The translations under genes and the position numbers were made by a program. The notes below the pieces were generated by a model that was given only the letters and a program-made list of their open reading frames with translations, did not search any database and had not been told where the DNA came from. Positions 1-12,169 of a stretch of 64,000 bases of DNA are shown here, piece after piece. This stretch comes from Eledone cirrhosa. Lineage: Eukaryota. Positions within the stretch are counted from its first letter, which is position 1. Every line of letters begins with the position of its first letter. The stretch lies in the NCBI GenBank assembly GCA_964016885.1, contig OZ024740.1:183582001-183646000 (forward strand). The letters run 5' to 3'.

Positions 1-21
1 AGCAAATATTTATTAAAATAA

Positions 22-95
22 CAGATTAAAGTTTAAGCAAAGAATCGCTGCTTTCACCCTTAACGGGATCTTCTGAAACTAACAAAGTCAATCTG
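22..95 (-). ncRNA. Type I hammerhead-like motif, family A (core CAGAAGA variant)
   Basis: Minus strand: stem I AGUUU/AAACU (extension CAGAUUGA/UUAAUCUG), CAGAAGA, stem II CCC-GUUAA-GGG, GAAA, stem III AGCA/UGCU, triplet CUU. Confidence 0.65.
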
Positions 96-169
96 TAAAC
101 GCAGAGCTGGATATTTCAAAAAACGTTGCAACCGGAGGAAGACAGGAAGACGATACTTTGGTTCATGGT

Positions 170-435
170 GACGTTCGCTGGCAAAGAACGGGAAACAACG
201 AATAATACGTCATTAATAGGAGCGGTGAAAGACAATTACGTGCAAGGACAAAACCACGTTTATGGTATAAAAGAGGTCGTAGACTAATGTTCTCTAAATG
301 GTGCATAGAGACGTTCTCTGGCAATGAACGAAAAAACGAAGATAATAAGTCATATGTGGAGCGTGTAGAACAATAGCGTGCAAAGACAAAACCACGTAAA
401 TGGTATAGCAGAAGTCGTAGACTAAAATTCTAACT
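170..435. repeat. Diverged ~140-bp tandem duplication in PLE-A 3' UTR
   Basis: gacgttc.ctggcaa.gaacg...cgtgcaa.gacaaaaccacgt..atggtata...gtcgtagactaa occurs twice. Confidence 0.75.
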
Positions 436-1006
436 AGGAGACCGAATGAATCTCCGCTACAGAGTTAAAAACAAGGTAAATAAATACAATACAGAAGTAA
501 TAGGAACAAATAAATACATACACGCAAACAGATACGTACATACACAAGCATACGCAAAACCTTACCATAGGTATACAAAACCACGCACATATAAATATGT
601 GTATGTGTGTATGCTTGTGTACAAATAAATAAATAATTATATAAACGTATATAAGTAAATAAATACGTATATAACAAGCGCACACACATACCTACAAATA
701 AATACATGAAGGTTCGGAGACGTAAGTCAACTAAAACAAGAAGTACGCATAAACACACACCCACCATACGTACGAACCTGCATACTCACGCAGACGCAAA
801 ACTCCCATATACACATAACCAAGCCCTAAATACCAGAATATGTAAAAATTATACGCCAAAACAGTCAAATATACGTACGAGAAGGTATACATACCTTCAC
901 AAAACATACGGGTAATATATACTTACCTATGCAAATAAGTAAAAGAATAAACAAAACATACACTTAGCTCCCACATCAAGACGTAAATATCCACGTATAG
1001 ATCGTG

Positions 1007-3117
1007 CTATCCGTTAGGGTATAACGTAGGGCTGTAATACAGGAAAGTTTTGTGCAATTTATGTTTACAAGCCGAAATTGCCTCAGATTTTTTGTTTAAG
1101 ATGTGGTCTGTGGCGTAGAGTATTTCCAGGGCCTCAGCGGCGCAGAGGTCACATGGTCTTTTATTTCCATTATACGATCTAGCCCTAGCTAGGATCTCCC
1201 AGTGTAACTTATATTGGGTGTGGTTGTCTTTTAGACTCCAGATATAAGCTGAAACTGACGTCATATTCCTTCTTAGAGGGTAACGAAAAGAATGGGTATG
1301 CATGTAAAGACGCTGCTTGAAACTATTGGCGGTTAACCCTATGTAGGCCCTACGGGACGTGGGTGTTACAACCTTACATTTGTAGACAATGTTACTAGAG
1401 AGGCATTTCCCGGATAGGGGACAATCAGCCCGATTCCCACAATTACAGTTAGTACTAACTACAGGGTTACACGTGTTACTACGGCTAGGTATTTTAGCTA
1501 AATTTGAAGCTGTGATGTTATGTGCAAGGTTAGGAGTCGTTGAGTAAGAAATTTTAATAGTGTTTCTATTAAAAATTTTACTATGTTTATGTGTAGGGGG
1601 AAATGCTTCGTAATAAGGGAAAGAAAGATCTTAGCTAATGGTGTGGCCACCTCCATATTATATGGTGGGTTAAACCAACAAATGCGACGGGAGCTATTTC
1701 TTCTAGGTCTATTCTCGTACTCTGTATATGCTACCTTATCGACAAATCCACTTCGAGCAAGAGCTTCATTGTAATAAGTGGAATGGTCGTTGAAAATGCG
1801 CTCGTTGGTGGAAAGACGGGAAAGCCTCAACGAAACGTTTTTTACCAGGTTCTTGGTTATGCTGGCAGGATGGTTGGAATGCTTACTTATGTAATTAAGC
1901 GTATCATTCGGCTTTCTATACGGGTAATGCAACCCATTCAATAAATTGAGGGTAACGTCGAGGTAATTAACGACCGAGAGATTGGCCTCAACCTGTATAG
2001 AGAGGTTGAAGCCTTTAAAGAAGGCTGTGAGTTCTTTTCTGAATCTGTCGCAAGCACGAGGTCCGCACTTAGTCATGGTCAAAAGGCCGTCGTCACGGTA
2101 CAAACCACCGCCCGCGTTGGGGAATTCGTCCTTGATAGAGAAAAGAAGGAAAAGGCCAATAAGATCAGTAACCTCGGCAGAGTCACTGGCGCCCATACTC
2201 ACGTCGAATGGGGTACTATTGGATTTTTTAATCCAAATAGAATCGTCGAAATTAATCACCGACTTTCGGGCATTAAGGATGACATCAACTTCGAAATCCT
2301 TAACCACTGTGAGTGTTTTAGCGAAATTGATAGCTCTAAGGAGAAGTGGTAAAGTGATGGAGGAGTAGTAATTGTTGATGTCGAATTAGATAAAACGGCA
2401 ATGTTCCTTGTTACATATGCCGTTGAACCAATCAATCACCGCGAAAGAATTGTTCCACAGTGCGAGAGGGGCCACATTTCTAATTTCAGGTATAATTCTA
2501 TCAAGAATCGTTTTACTAAGTCTACCTAAATCGGACTTCGTAGGGTTAATAAGCGGAATAGAGGGGTTGTTCTGAAAATTGGATTTGTGGTCCTTCAGGG
2601 TAAAGTGGGGAGAGATAGGGTCCAGGATGTTGAGATCAGATGTGATTTTAAACCCAGCATCGTTGATTTCATTGATGACACACCGATTAGTTTTACGGTA
2701 ATCCTTAGTTACAGCATTATGTAGTAGTTGATGGTAAGTACTGCGCTCCACTTGATATAGGTTGCCAGTTTTGTCGGAATGGACGTGCACGGCGTTAGAA
2801 TCCTTAATAGAACGAATTCTATTCTTCAGGTCTTTCTGGAAGGAATTGCTCCTATTCCGAAATTTGATACTCCGAATGAGTTCCAAGACATCATTTTGGA
2901 AGGGTAGCAATGCTGGGTTCCACGGAGGGTTATTATAGGTTTTAAATCCAAATTTGTCCTGCTTGTTGTCTGCTTTTCGCGGATTATTGAAATAAAAGGC
3001 ACGCCAACGCAACCTTTTAATGAACGCGTCTATTTTCTGTATCAGGAGTTTTAGGTATGTTTTCCTGCTTGGTACGGGTATGTTCTTTGTAGAAATATTC
3101 AGATGTTGTTTCTGCAT
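1007..3117 (-). pseudogene. Disrupted PLE ORF: reverse transcriptase + C-terminal GIY-YIG endonuclease
   Basis: ORFs 2386-3117, 1498-2307 (DVSMGASDSAE...GLYRDDGL, VNYLDVTL, WFNPPY) and 1007-1303. Manual translation upstream of the last gives CNC..CPLSGKC..NIVYKC..AYIGLTANSFKQR. Broken by stops/frameshifts. Confidence 0.9.
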
Positions 3118-3262
3118 GATGAATATAAGTCAGTAGAGTGCTCAACCGAAGGAGCCAAATAGTAATAATAATAAAATTGAAGACTAAAATCCAGAGAGGG
3201 CTCGATAAGGAAAATATATATCAAATATATAAGAACCGAAGAGCAAATATTTATTAAAATAA

Positions 3263-3336
3263 CAGATTAAAGTTTAAGCAAAGAATCGCTGCTTTCACCC
3301 TTAACGAGATCTTCTGAAACTAACAAAGTCAATCTG
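3263..3336 (-). ncRNA. Type I hammerhead-like motif, family A, second pseudo-LTR copy
   Basis: Same fold as 22-95. Confidence 0.65.
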
Positions 3337-3349
3337 TAAACGCAGAACT

Positions 3350-3395
<46 letters not shown>

Positions 3396-4109
3396 TTATA
3401 TAAATGTAGTTATATAGTAAGGTGTATTATTGGTTGTGTCCTACGGTCCAATAAACTTTCGTTAGCCATATTAAGGTCTCCACGCTTTTGTATATCTCTA
3501 ATTCCATTTATGGGAACAGCTAGATGATGTAAAACAGAGTATTTGTATCAAAATAAAGATCCGAAGGCATGGTATAAATTTCCAATCATTTTAATCACGA
3601 CACATGTTTCAATAAGAGATAGATCGATTGTGCGGCCATGATCGATTATCACTGTACTCGTCAGGTGAAAATGAATTGTCTTCAAATCCTTGACATGGGG
3701 GAGAACATTTAACGATGTTCACTCACTAGAGTTTTGTCCCCCATATGAAGATTAAGCAGCCAAAACACGCCGACTGCTATCGTCTTCAATTAGGGTCATA
3801 AAACTATCAAGTCTCTATCTCTCAATAGCTGTAAAGACGCTGGACGGGTCTAATCTCAACATCAAATCGGTAGAATTACAGACGGACACAGAATTACAGA
3901 CGGTCACACACCGACGCGAGGTCAAAGAAAAAAATATATATATACCAACATAGTATTCACCGAAATTTAGGTTACAAAACAACAAATGTTATATTGGTCA
4001 AATCTCAATTTGACGATGTAAATTGGAAAAATTGGGTCAACCGCAACCCTATACACACGCAAGTAAATTCGGTTCAATGTTCTGCTATGCGTGTATCGAT
4101 TGAATTGTA

Positions 4110-4195
4110 ACATCCGTATCTTCTAAATAGTGTATGTTTTGGTATATACACATCCGTATCCTCTAAAAAGTGTATGTTTTGGTATATACACATCT
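4110..4195. repeat. 41-bp tandem duplication
   Basis: catccgtatc.tctaaa.agtgtatgttttggtatataca x2. Confidence 0.85.
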
Positions 4196-5208
4196 GTGTG
4201 AAGAGCAAGTAGTCAGCTCATATCGAACTCTGTATATGCCGTTGTCCCATTGAGATTCTGAGTCTCCAAATCTGTGAATGCAAGCAACCGTCATGTAGGC
4301 CACCAAGGGGCTCTGTGTAGGGTTGGGTATTTGAGTTAAGGTGTCAGTATGTGCGTTTTCGCGTCATATGGGCCCTTGGGATTTTACGTTTGAGTGGTGG
4401 AGGTGTGTTACCCAACACAGAAATAAAAATAAAATAAAATATAATAAAATAAAAAAGAATAGCAAAACCCGTTGGATGTGTGTAAGTAGTATAGTCCAAT
4501 CAGTAACCGTGAGCACTCCAATGTTAGATGATCACGGATCAAAACCTAGTGCAGTGTTCAATTGATAGGATCGTGACCAATCATAACTGTGGGAACTCCG
4601 TGTCTAAAGAAACCGGGTACTGTGTGTAGAGTTATGTATAAAGAGCGTAATCGGTCTTAACTGAGTGTGTAATACGTCTAACTATTTACTAACCGAGAGA
4701 ACTCAATGGTTAGGGCATTCTAAAGTAATGGTGAATGCGCGTAATTTGGTTTTAACTGAGTGTGTAATCATTCTAACTATTTACTAACTAGGTATTCCAA
4801 AGTAGTGATAAATGTGCACTCAGCTGTGACAACTCTGTTGAAGCAAACCGACTACCGTTTGTAAGTGCGCAAACGATCTTAGCTATTTACTACCTGAGTG
4901 TGTGATTGTCTGTTTTTTGCTAATTGAAAGAACTCTATGGCTAAGGTAAAAAGCGGATTCAACAAGATGAAGATATAATAGATGTAATCATCTTGTTGAA
5001 TCCGCTTATGGCTTGGCATTTAGCAGAGATGCTTAACAACCCCAGCATGCACCTCTTTGTTCGCCATCTCCAATCTCCCTTTTTTTTGTGGAGCTTATAC
5101 TCAACACTGTATTTATTAGGCTCCGAGGAACCCTGCCAAAAGGTGAGGATGAACAAGTGTAAGAAAATAAAGACTGTTTGAGTATGTAAGCATTCCTTGG
5201 TTTCTTTT

Positions 5209-5250
<42 letters not shown>

Positions 5251-5397
5251 GCTCTGAAATAGCGATATATATGTGAATATAGACATAGAATATTCGAAAA
5301 TATTCTGTATGTTTATAATAAACATTTTGAAGACCTAATCGCTATAGAATAGAATACGTCACGTATTACAATTAGATTCTCGATAAAAGAAAGGGAA

Positions 5398-5440
5398 GTA
5401 ATCTACGCGTTTCATTCTTGTTAGAATTCATCAGGACTAC
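5398..5440 (-). ncRNA. Minimal type I hammerhead ribozyme (also 5708-5750, 6018-6060, 6328-6370, 6638-6680; truncated copy 6948-6982)
   Basis: GUAGUC-CUGAUGA-AUUCU aaca AGAAU-GAAAC gc GUA-GAUUAC: intact core, stems I and II, palindromic ACGCGU stem III. Confidence 0.92.
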
Positions 5441-7233
5441 ATATCCAGTGCTTTTATCGAGAATGACACAGCTAGAGACTTATAGAATACTTAGCTGTGT
5501 ACAGGAACTGGTTTGAAAGAGCGGTTGCCGGTCCGGCAGAAATTAGAAATTGGAATAAATGCTCTGAAATAGCGATATATATGTGAATATAGACATAGAA
5601 TATTCGAAAATATTCTGTATGTTTATAATAAACATTTTGAAGACCTAATCGCTATAGAATAGAATACGTCACGTATTACAATTAGATTCTCGATAAAAGA
5701 AAGGGAAGTAATCTACGCGTTTCATTCTTGTTAGAATTCATCAGGACTACATATCCAGTGCTTTTATCGAGAATGACACAGCTAGAGACTTATAGAATAC
5801 TTAGCTGTGTACAGGAACTGGTTTGAAAGAGCGGTTGCCGGTCCGGCAGAAATTAGAAATTGGAATAAATGCTCTGAAATAGCGATATATATGTGAATAT
5901 AGACATAGAATATTCGAAAATATTCTGTATGTTTATAATAAACATTTTGAAGACCTAATCGCTATAGAATAGAATACGTCACGTATTACAATTAGATTCT
6001 CGATAAAAGAAAGGGAAGTAATCTACGCGTTTCATTCTTGTTAGAATTCATCAGGACTACATATCCAGTGCTTTTATCGAGAATGACACAGCTAGAGACT
6101 TATAGAATACTTAGCTGTGTACAGGAACTGGTTTGAAAGAGCGGTTGCCGGTCCGGCAGAAATTAGAAATTGGAATAAATGCTCTGAAATAGCGATATAT
6201 ATGTGAATATAGACATAGAATATTCGAAAATATTCTGTATGTTTATAATAAACATTTTGAAGACCTAATCGCTATAGAATAGAATACGTCACGTATTACA
6301 ATTAGATTCTCGATAAAAGAAAGGGAAGTAATCTACGCGTTTCATTCTTGTTAGAATTCATCAGGACTACATATCCAGTGCTTTTATCGAGAATGACACA
6401 GCTAGAGACTTATAGAATACTTAGCTGTGTACAGGAACTGGTTTGAAAGAGCGGTTGCCGGTCCGGCAGAAATTAGAAATTGGAATAAATGCTCTGAAAT
6501 AGCGATATATATGTGAATATAGACATAGAATATTCGAAAATATTCTGTATGTTTATAATAAACATTTTGAAGACCTAATCGCTATAGAATAGAATACGTC
6601 ACGTATTACAATTAGATTCTCGATAAAAGAAAGGGAAGTAATCTACGCGTTTCATTCTTGTTAGAATTCATCAGGACTACATATCCAGTGCTTTTATCGA
6701 GAATGACACAGCTAGAGACTTATAGAATACTTAGCTGTGTACAGGAACTGGTTTGAAAGAGCGGTTGCCGGTCCGGCAGAAATTAGAAATTGGAATAAAT
6801 GCTCTGAAATAGCGATATATATGTGAATATAGACATAGAATATTCGAAAATATTCTGTATGTTTATAATAAACATTTTGAAGACCTAATCGCTATAGAAT
6901 AGAATACGTCACGTATTACAATTAGATTCTCGATAAAAGAAAGGGAAGTAATCTACGCGTTTCATTCTTGTTAGAATTCATCGAGAATCTAATTGTAATA
7001 CGTGACGTATTCTATTCTATAGCGATTAGGTCTTCAAAATGTTTATTATAAACATACAGAATATTTTCGAATATTCTATGTCTATATTCACATATATATC
7101 GCTATTTCAGAGCATTTATTCCAATTTCTAATTTCTGCCGGACCGGCAACCGCTCTTTCAAACCAGTTCCTGTACACAGCTAAGTATTCTATAAGTCTCT
7201 AGCTGTGTCATTCTCGATAAAAGCACTGGATAT

Positions 7234-7276
7234 GTAGTCCTGATGAATTCTAACAAGAATGAAACGCGTAGATTAC
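7234..7276 (+). ncRNA. Minimal type I hammerhead ribozyme in the inverted arm of the 310-bp array
   Basis: gtagtc ctgatga attct aaca agaat gaaac gc gta gattac read directly on +. Confidence 0.92.
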
Positions 7277-7398
7277 TTCCCTTTCTTTTATCGAGAATCT
7301 AATTGTAATACGTGACGTATTCTATTCTATAGCGATTAGGTCTTCAAAATGTTTATTATAAACATACAGAATATTTTCGAATATTCTATGTCTATATT

Positions 7399-7457
<59 letters not shown>

Positions 7458-7485
7458 TTATGTATGTATGTATATATATATATAT

Positions 7486-7710
7486 ATTTATTAAAATACG
7501 AGATTAAAATTTAAGCAAAGAATCGCTGCTTTCACCCTTAACGGGATCTTCAGAACTTCCCGTTAAGGGTGAAAGTAGCGATTCTTTGCTTAAACTTTAA
7601 TCTGTTATTTCAATACATATTTACACTACGGTTCTTATATATTTGATATATATTTATCCTTATCGAGCCCTCTTTGGATTTTAGTCTTCAAATTTATTAT
7701 TATTACTATT
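7486..7710. mobile_element. Fold-back fragment of PLE-A pseudo-LTR
   Basis: 7486-7550 matches 9-72; 7550-7710 is the reverse complement of ~3160-3317; flanked by (TA)n. Confidence 0.88.
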
Positions 7711-7728
7711 ATATATATATATATATAT

Positions 7729-8347
7729 TTCGTTTCTGAATTTGTTTAGCAAGATTCTTTATCTGAAATCGTGTGTTGAAACCGATATTGTTATACTTTG
7801 GGAGGGTCATGTTGCCAATAAGAAACACACGCACCAGTTGCTTTCACTTCAATTTATTATAATAAATTTATAATAAATTTATAAATTTATAAGTTTCTGG
7901 TTGGTTGGTTGGTTCCACAACCAGATAGTTATTTATATATAGTCATAGTTCTTTCGTCACACACTATGTGACCTCTTCAGTGACTGGGGATTCCTTTCTT
8001 TGTTTCTGTGCCTCTCCTTTGTTCTGTGCTACGCCATTTTATTTCTGTGTGTGTGTTGTGTGCTCAGTCTGCGCATGCGCCACATCTGGGTGTCTGTGTG
8101 TATTTATGTTCATTTATTTATTTGTTTATTTACAGGTTACTGGTTGGTTGTTTGTTCTATGTGTGTGTGTGTTTTCATTTTGTCCTTAATTGTAAGTTAT
8201 GGTGTTGCTGTTCCCCTCATATTTTCTATTTAATTTTGGTTGTAATTCTTTTATGTTTATTGCCTCTGTAATTTGTCTAAACATTGCGTATTTTCTGTGT
8301 GTAGATTCTATTTTTATTTCTATGTTCTCTAATTTACTCTTGTGTTC

Positions 8348-8349
<2 letters not shown>
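7729..8349 (-). mobile_element. 5'-truncated 3' end of PLE family B, with HHR at 7941-7985
   Basis: Encodes [43 protein letters not shown], matching 24240-24406, plus 3' UTR/pLTR. Confidence 0.9.
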
Positions 8350-8427
<78 letters not shown>

Positions 8428-8555
8428 ATGTATATGTATATATATATATATATGTATATATATATGTATATATATATGTATATATATATATGTATATATA
8501 TATATGTATATATATATATACATATATATATACATATATACATACATATATATAT

Positions 8556-9754
8556 AAATAGGGCACCGGTCCCATCTGGGAAATGGCCATTCCCAGTGTG
8601 TAGGAAAGGAGCAGGCAGAAACTCCATTTTATGTCCCATATGCAAAGTATGGGTGTATAAAAGATGTAGTGGGATCACAGGTAAGATAACTAAGAATATA
8701 GATGTCATATGTGGCCGGCGCTCTGGTGCAATAAGTAGCAGCAAGTGCCCACCGAATACTAGCTCATTCCATTGCACAGATGGTTCTATAGAAATACTGG
8801 ACACCTTCCGTTACCTGGGTGACAAAATCAGCAGTGGGGGAGGGTGCTCTGAAAGTACAGTGGCTAGAGTCAGAACGGGATGGAAAAGGTTCAGAGAGCT
8901 TATACCACTATTGGCCGCTAAAGAGTTCTCTCTAAAAATGAAAGGCAGGCTGTATGATGCCTGCATACGAACAGTAATGTTCTATGGCAGTGAGACCTGG
9001 GCATTGTGTGCAGAGGATATACGCAGACTGGAGAGAAACGAAGCTTGCATGCTCCACTGGATGTGTAATAGTAATATACGTGAACGGCAAAGCATAAACG
9101 GACTAAGGGAGAAATTAGGAATAAGAGGGATCAGATGTTGTTTACTCGAGAGAAGACTACGTTGGTACTGCCACGTGATGCGCATGAAAGACGACAGCTG
9201 TATAAAAAAGTGCAGGGCGATAAAAATAGACGGTAGCCACGGAGTAGGCAGACCCAGAAAAACCTGGGATGACTTGATAAATTCCGACCTCACACACTTA
9301 CACCTCTCCAAGACAATGTCACTGGACCGAGATCTTTGGCGCTACACAGTTATACGGAAGACCCGCCTTGCGTAAGTACAAAGCGAAACCTCCAGTCAGA
9401 AGGCACCTCTAAAAAAATACACCCCGTTCCGCTTCCCCCGCCCCCATCCACACTACCCCCTTAAATGTGAAGTTATGTTGGTACAACAACATCCAGTCCG
9501 AAACAAATGAGGTCGTGTAGGTGTCATGACGAAAAAACACACAGTCCACGCTGTAATGTGGCCGTGTAGGTAACACGGTAAAAACCTCCCAGTCCACACT
9601 GTAAAAGTGGTTGGCGTTAGGAAGGGCATCCAGCCGTAGAAAACCCGCCAGGCAGTCCTGAACAAGACAACCAATCTTGCCTCAAGTGGTACAATTCCCG
9701 TCAAGACCCATGCTAGCGTGGAAAATGCACGTTAAACGATGATGATGATGATGA

Positions 9755-9758
<4 letters not shown>
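8556..9758 (+). mobile_element. 5'-truncated RTE-clade LINE (C-terminal ORF2, 3' UTR, (GAT)n tail)
   Basis: ORF to 9375 with [41 protein letters not shown]; ends in gatgatgat. Confidence 0.9.
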
Positions 9759-9802
<44 letters not shown>

Positions 9803-9845
9803 ATTTAAAAAGAACAGAAAGATGCAGCAAAAGAGATTTATTCGG

Positions 9846-9959
9846 TTCTTACGTACGTTTCAATAGACATCTATTTGCCTAGATCTCGCTACATCTATAA
9901 TATTATATATTTAGTAGAGCATTCGATATCCAATGCACAATCGATCCCATATCATCAGA

Positions 9960-9962
<3 letters not shown>
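9846..9962 (-). ncRNA. Possible hammerhead with long (~90 nt) stem II insertion
   Basis: Minus strand: UUCU-CUGAUGA-...-GAAAC GUAC GUA-AGAA, within a 160-bp island between (TA)n tracts. Confidence 0.5.
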
Positions 9963-10046
<84 letters not shown>

Positions 10047-10086
10047 TATACATATATATATATACATATATATAAATGTATATATA

Positions 10087-10131
<45 letters not shown>

Positions 10132-10174
10132 ATGTATATATATATAAATGTATATATATATATATATATAAATG

Positions 10175-10212
<38 letters not shown>

Positions 10213-10262
10213 TAGATGTATATATATGTATATATATATATGTATATATATAAATATATATG

Positions 10263-10314
<52 letters not shown>

Positions 10315-10817
10315 TATACATATATATGTGTATATATATATATGTATATATATATATGTACAAATATGTATATATGTGTGTGTAGATTATATATATATGG
10401 TGGCTGCCAACTCGTTTTCGAGTACGGCCACTACTTTATATCCATGTAGGAGTACCCCTACCGATGCGCTGAACGAGTGTGACTTTTTAGTCGAGCCAGC
10501 GATTAGAAAACTCTGGTACAAACACTTCACTTGTGACAATTAGTGACACATAGTGGTGGGCCCATGGTACCATGTGATGACAAGTGCAGAGAGATCTCCA
10601 GATATAAAGCAAAGCAATGCCTGTGCCGTGAAGCTTTTATAGTGAGCAAAGGCACTGCACAAAGCCAGTCCCACTCTCTTAACCAAGATGATATTTACCA
10701 AAAAGAAGAACAAGTCAACATCATTGGATACCATCAGGGTTGCAAGTGTTATGTCAGAGTTTTACTTCTCCTAGAATTCTGCCTTGACAAAGGCTAAGGG
10801 GTCATCTCTGCCTATAT

Positions 10818-10918
<101 letters not shown>

Positions 10919-10943
10919 TATGTATATATATATATATATATAT

Positions 10944-11942
10944 AGTTTTAATATAGATGAGATTCTACAGGACTAGAACTGTTTCATTCATTAGAAATCA
11001 TCAGGAATCTGGGTATCAAAAAATAAATATGGTATTTATAAGTCTCTACAAGTGGTAGGAGAGGGTGGGGAGTGGGATGGGTGCAGGTCATTGGTTGATA
11101 GAAAAGGGAATTCATTAAAAGCTAATTCTACAAAGCTATAGTTTATTTTTATTTTTATTTATATTTATTTATGTTTTTAGAGTAACAAAGGCAGACAGAA
11201 TTCTATAAACAGGTTCCGGATGGCATACCATTCCTTGTCAATAAGTTTCTCTTAAGCTAACAGATGTCTATAAAATCAGTGGGGGGTCAGTCATGGTCGG
11301 TAGAATTAAAGAAAAGGGAGATTCTTTAAAAGCTAAAGTCATTAAGGTTCTACTAAGTGACAAAGGTCTAGAGAATTCTGCAGACAGATTCAAAATACTG
11401 AGTGCATATCTTACTATTATCTTCGAAGATAATAGTAAGATATGCACTCAGTATTTTGAATCTGTCTGCAGAATTCTCTAGACCTTTGTCACTTAGTAGA
11501 ACCTTAATGACTTTAGCTTTTAAAGAATCTCCCTTTTCTCCCACTGATTTTATAGACATCTGTTAGCTTAAGAGAAACTTATTGACAAGGAATGGTATGC
11601 CATCCGGAACCTGTTTATAGAATTCTGTCTGCCTTTGTTACTCTAAAAACATAAATAAATATAAATAAAATAAAAATAAACTATAGCTTTGTAGAATTAG
11701 CTTTTAATGAATTCCCTTTTCTATCAACCAATGACCTGCACCCATCCCACTCCCCACCCTCTCCTACCACTTGTAGAGACTTATAAATACCATATTTATT
11801 TTTTGATACCCAGATTCCTGATGATTTCTAATGAATGAAACAGTTCTAGTCCTGTAGAATCTCATCTATATTAAAACTGTTATACTCTGCTATGTATTGA
11901 GTACCTTACTTACTGTGGTTACCTCCGATTCAACCCGGAATA
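10944..11942. mobile_element. ~930-bp spacerless palindrome carrying a hammerhead in each arm (family C)
   Basis: Centre ttcgaa at 11422-11427; arms 10944-11424 and 11425-11878; the right arm has ~60 bp extra tail; (TA)n flanks. Confidence 0.9.
11812..11862 (+). ncRNA. Type I hammerhead ribozyme, family C (mirror copy on - strand at 10960-11010)
   Basis: agattc ctgatga tttc taat gaat gaaa cag ttctagtc ctg ta gaatct: stem I AGAUUC/GAAUCU, stem III ACAG/CUGU, GUA triplet. Confidence 0.88.
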
Positions 11943-11944
11943 AC

Positions 11945-12025
<81 letters not shown>

Positions 12026-12169
12026 CATATATATACATATAGAGTATTTATGTATCGAGAGAGAGAAAAAAGAGGGATAGGTGGTACATGTACTTATCTG
12101 CCAAATACTGTATGCAGAAGGTGCTCAATACTAGTGCCGGCAGCGTTAGATATTAGAGATGTTAATATC

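Larger units (their letters stand above)
1..3352 (-). mobile_element. Penelope-like element, family A, with direct terminal repeat (pseudo-LTR); runs off the window start
   Basis: 1-112 is repeated directly at 3242-3352; encloses RT and GIY-YIG coding remnants; abuts (TA)n at 3352. Confidence 0.92.
5245..7405. mobile_element. Non-coding 310-bp tandem array with one hammerhead per unit and an inverted arm (non-LTR retrozyme-like)
   Basis: gctctgaaat recurs at 5251, 5561, 5871, 6181, 6491 and 6801 (period 310). The array inverts at ~6982 and continues ~1.4 units as reverse complement. (TA)n on both sides; no ORF. Confidence 0.92.

Noticed and set aside
5245-6982. CRISPR-like array
   Set aside because: Units are wholly identical 310-mers with no unique spacers; eukaryotic context with no cas genes.
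8186-8804. Long YI/IY-rich ORFs (also near 9.9k, 13.6k, 16k, 18.7k, 60.4k)
   Set aside because: They are translations of (TA)n/(CA)n microsatellites.
11293-11559. Mirror-image 62-63 aa ORFs on both strands
   Set aside because: Consequence of the perfect palindrome; no homology recognised.
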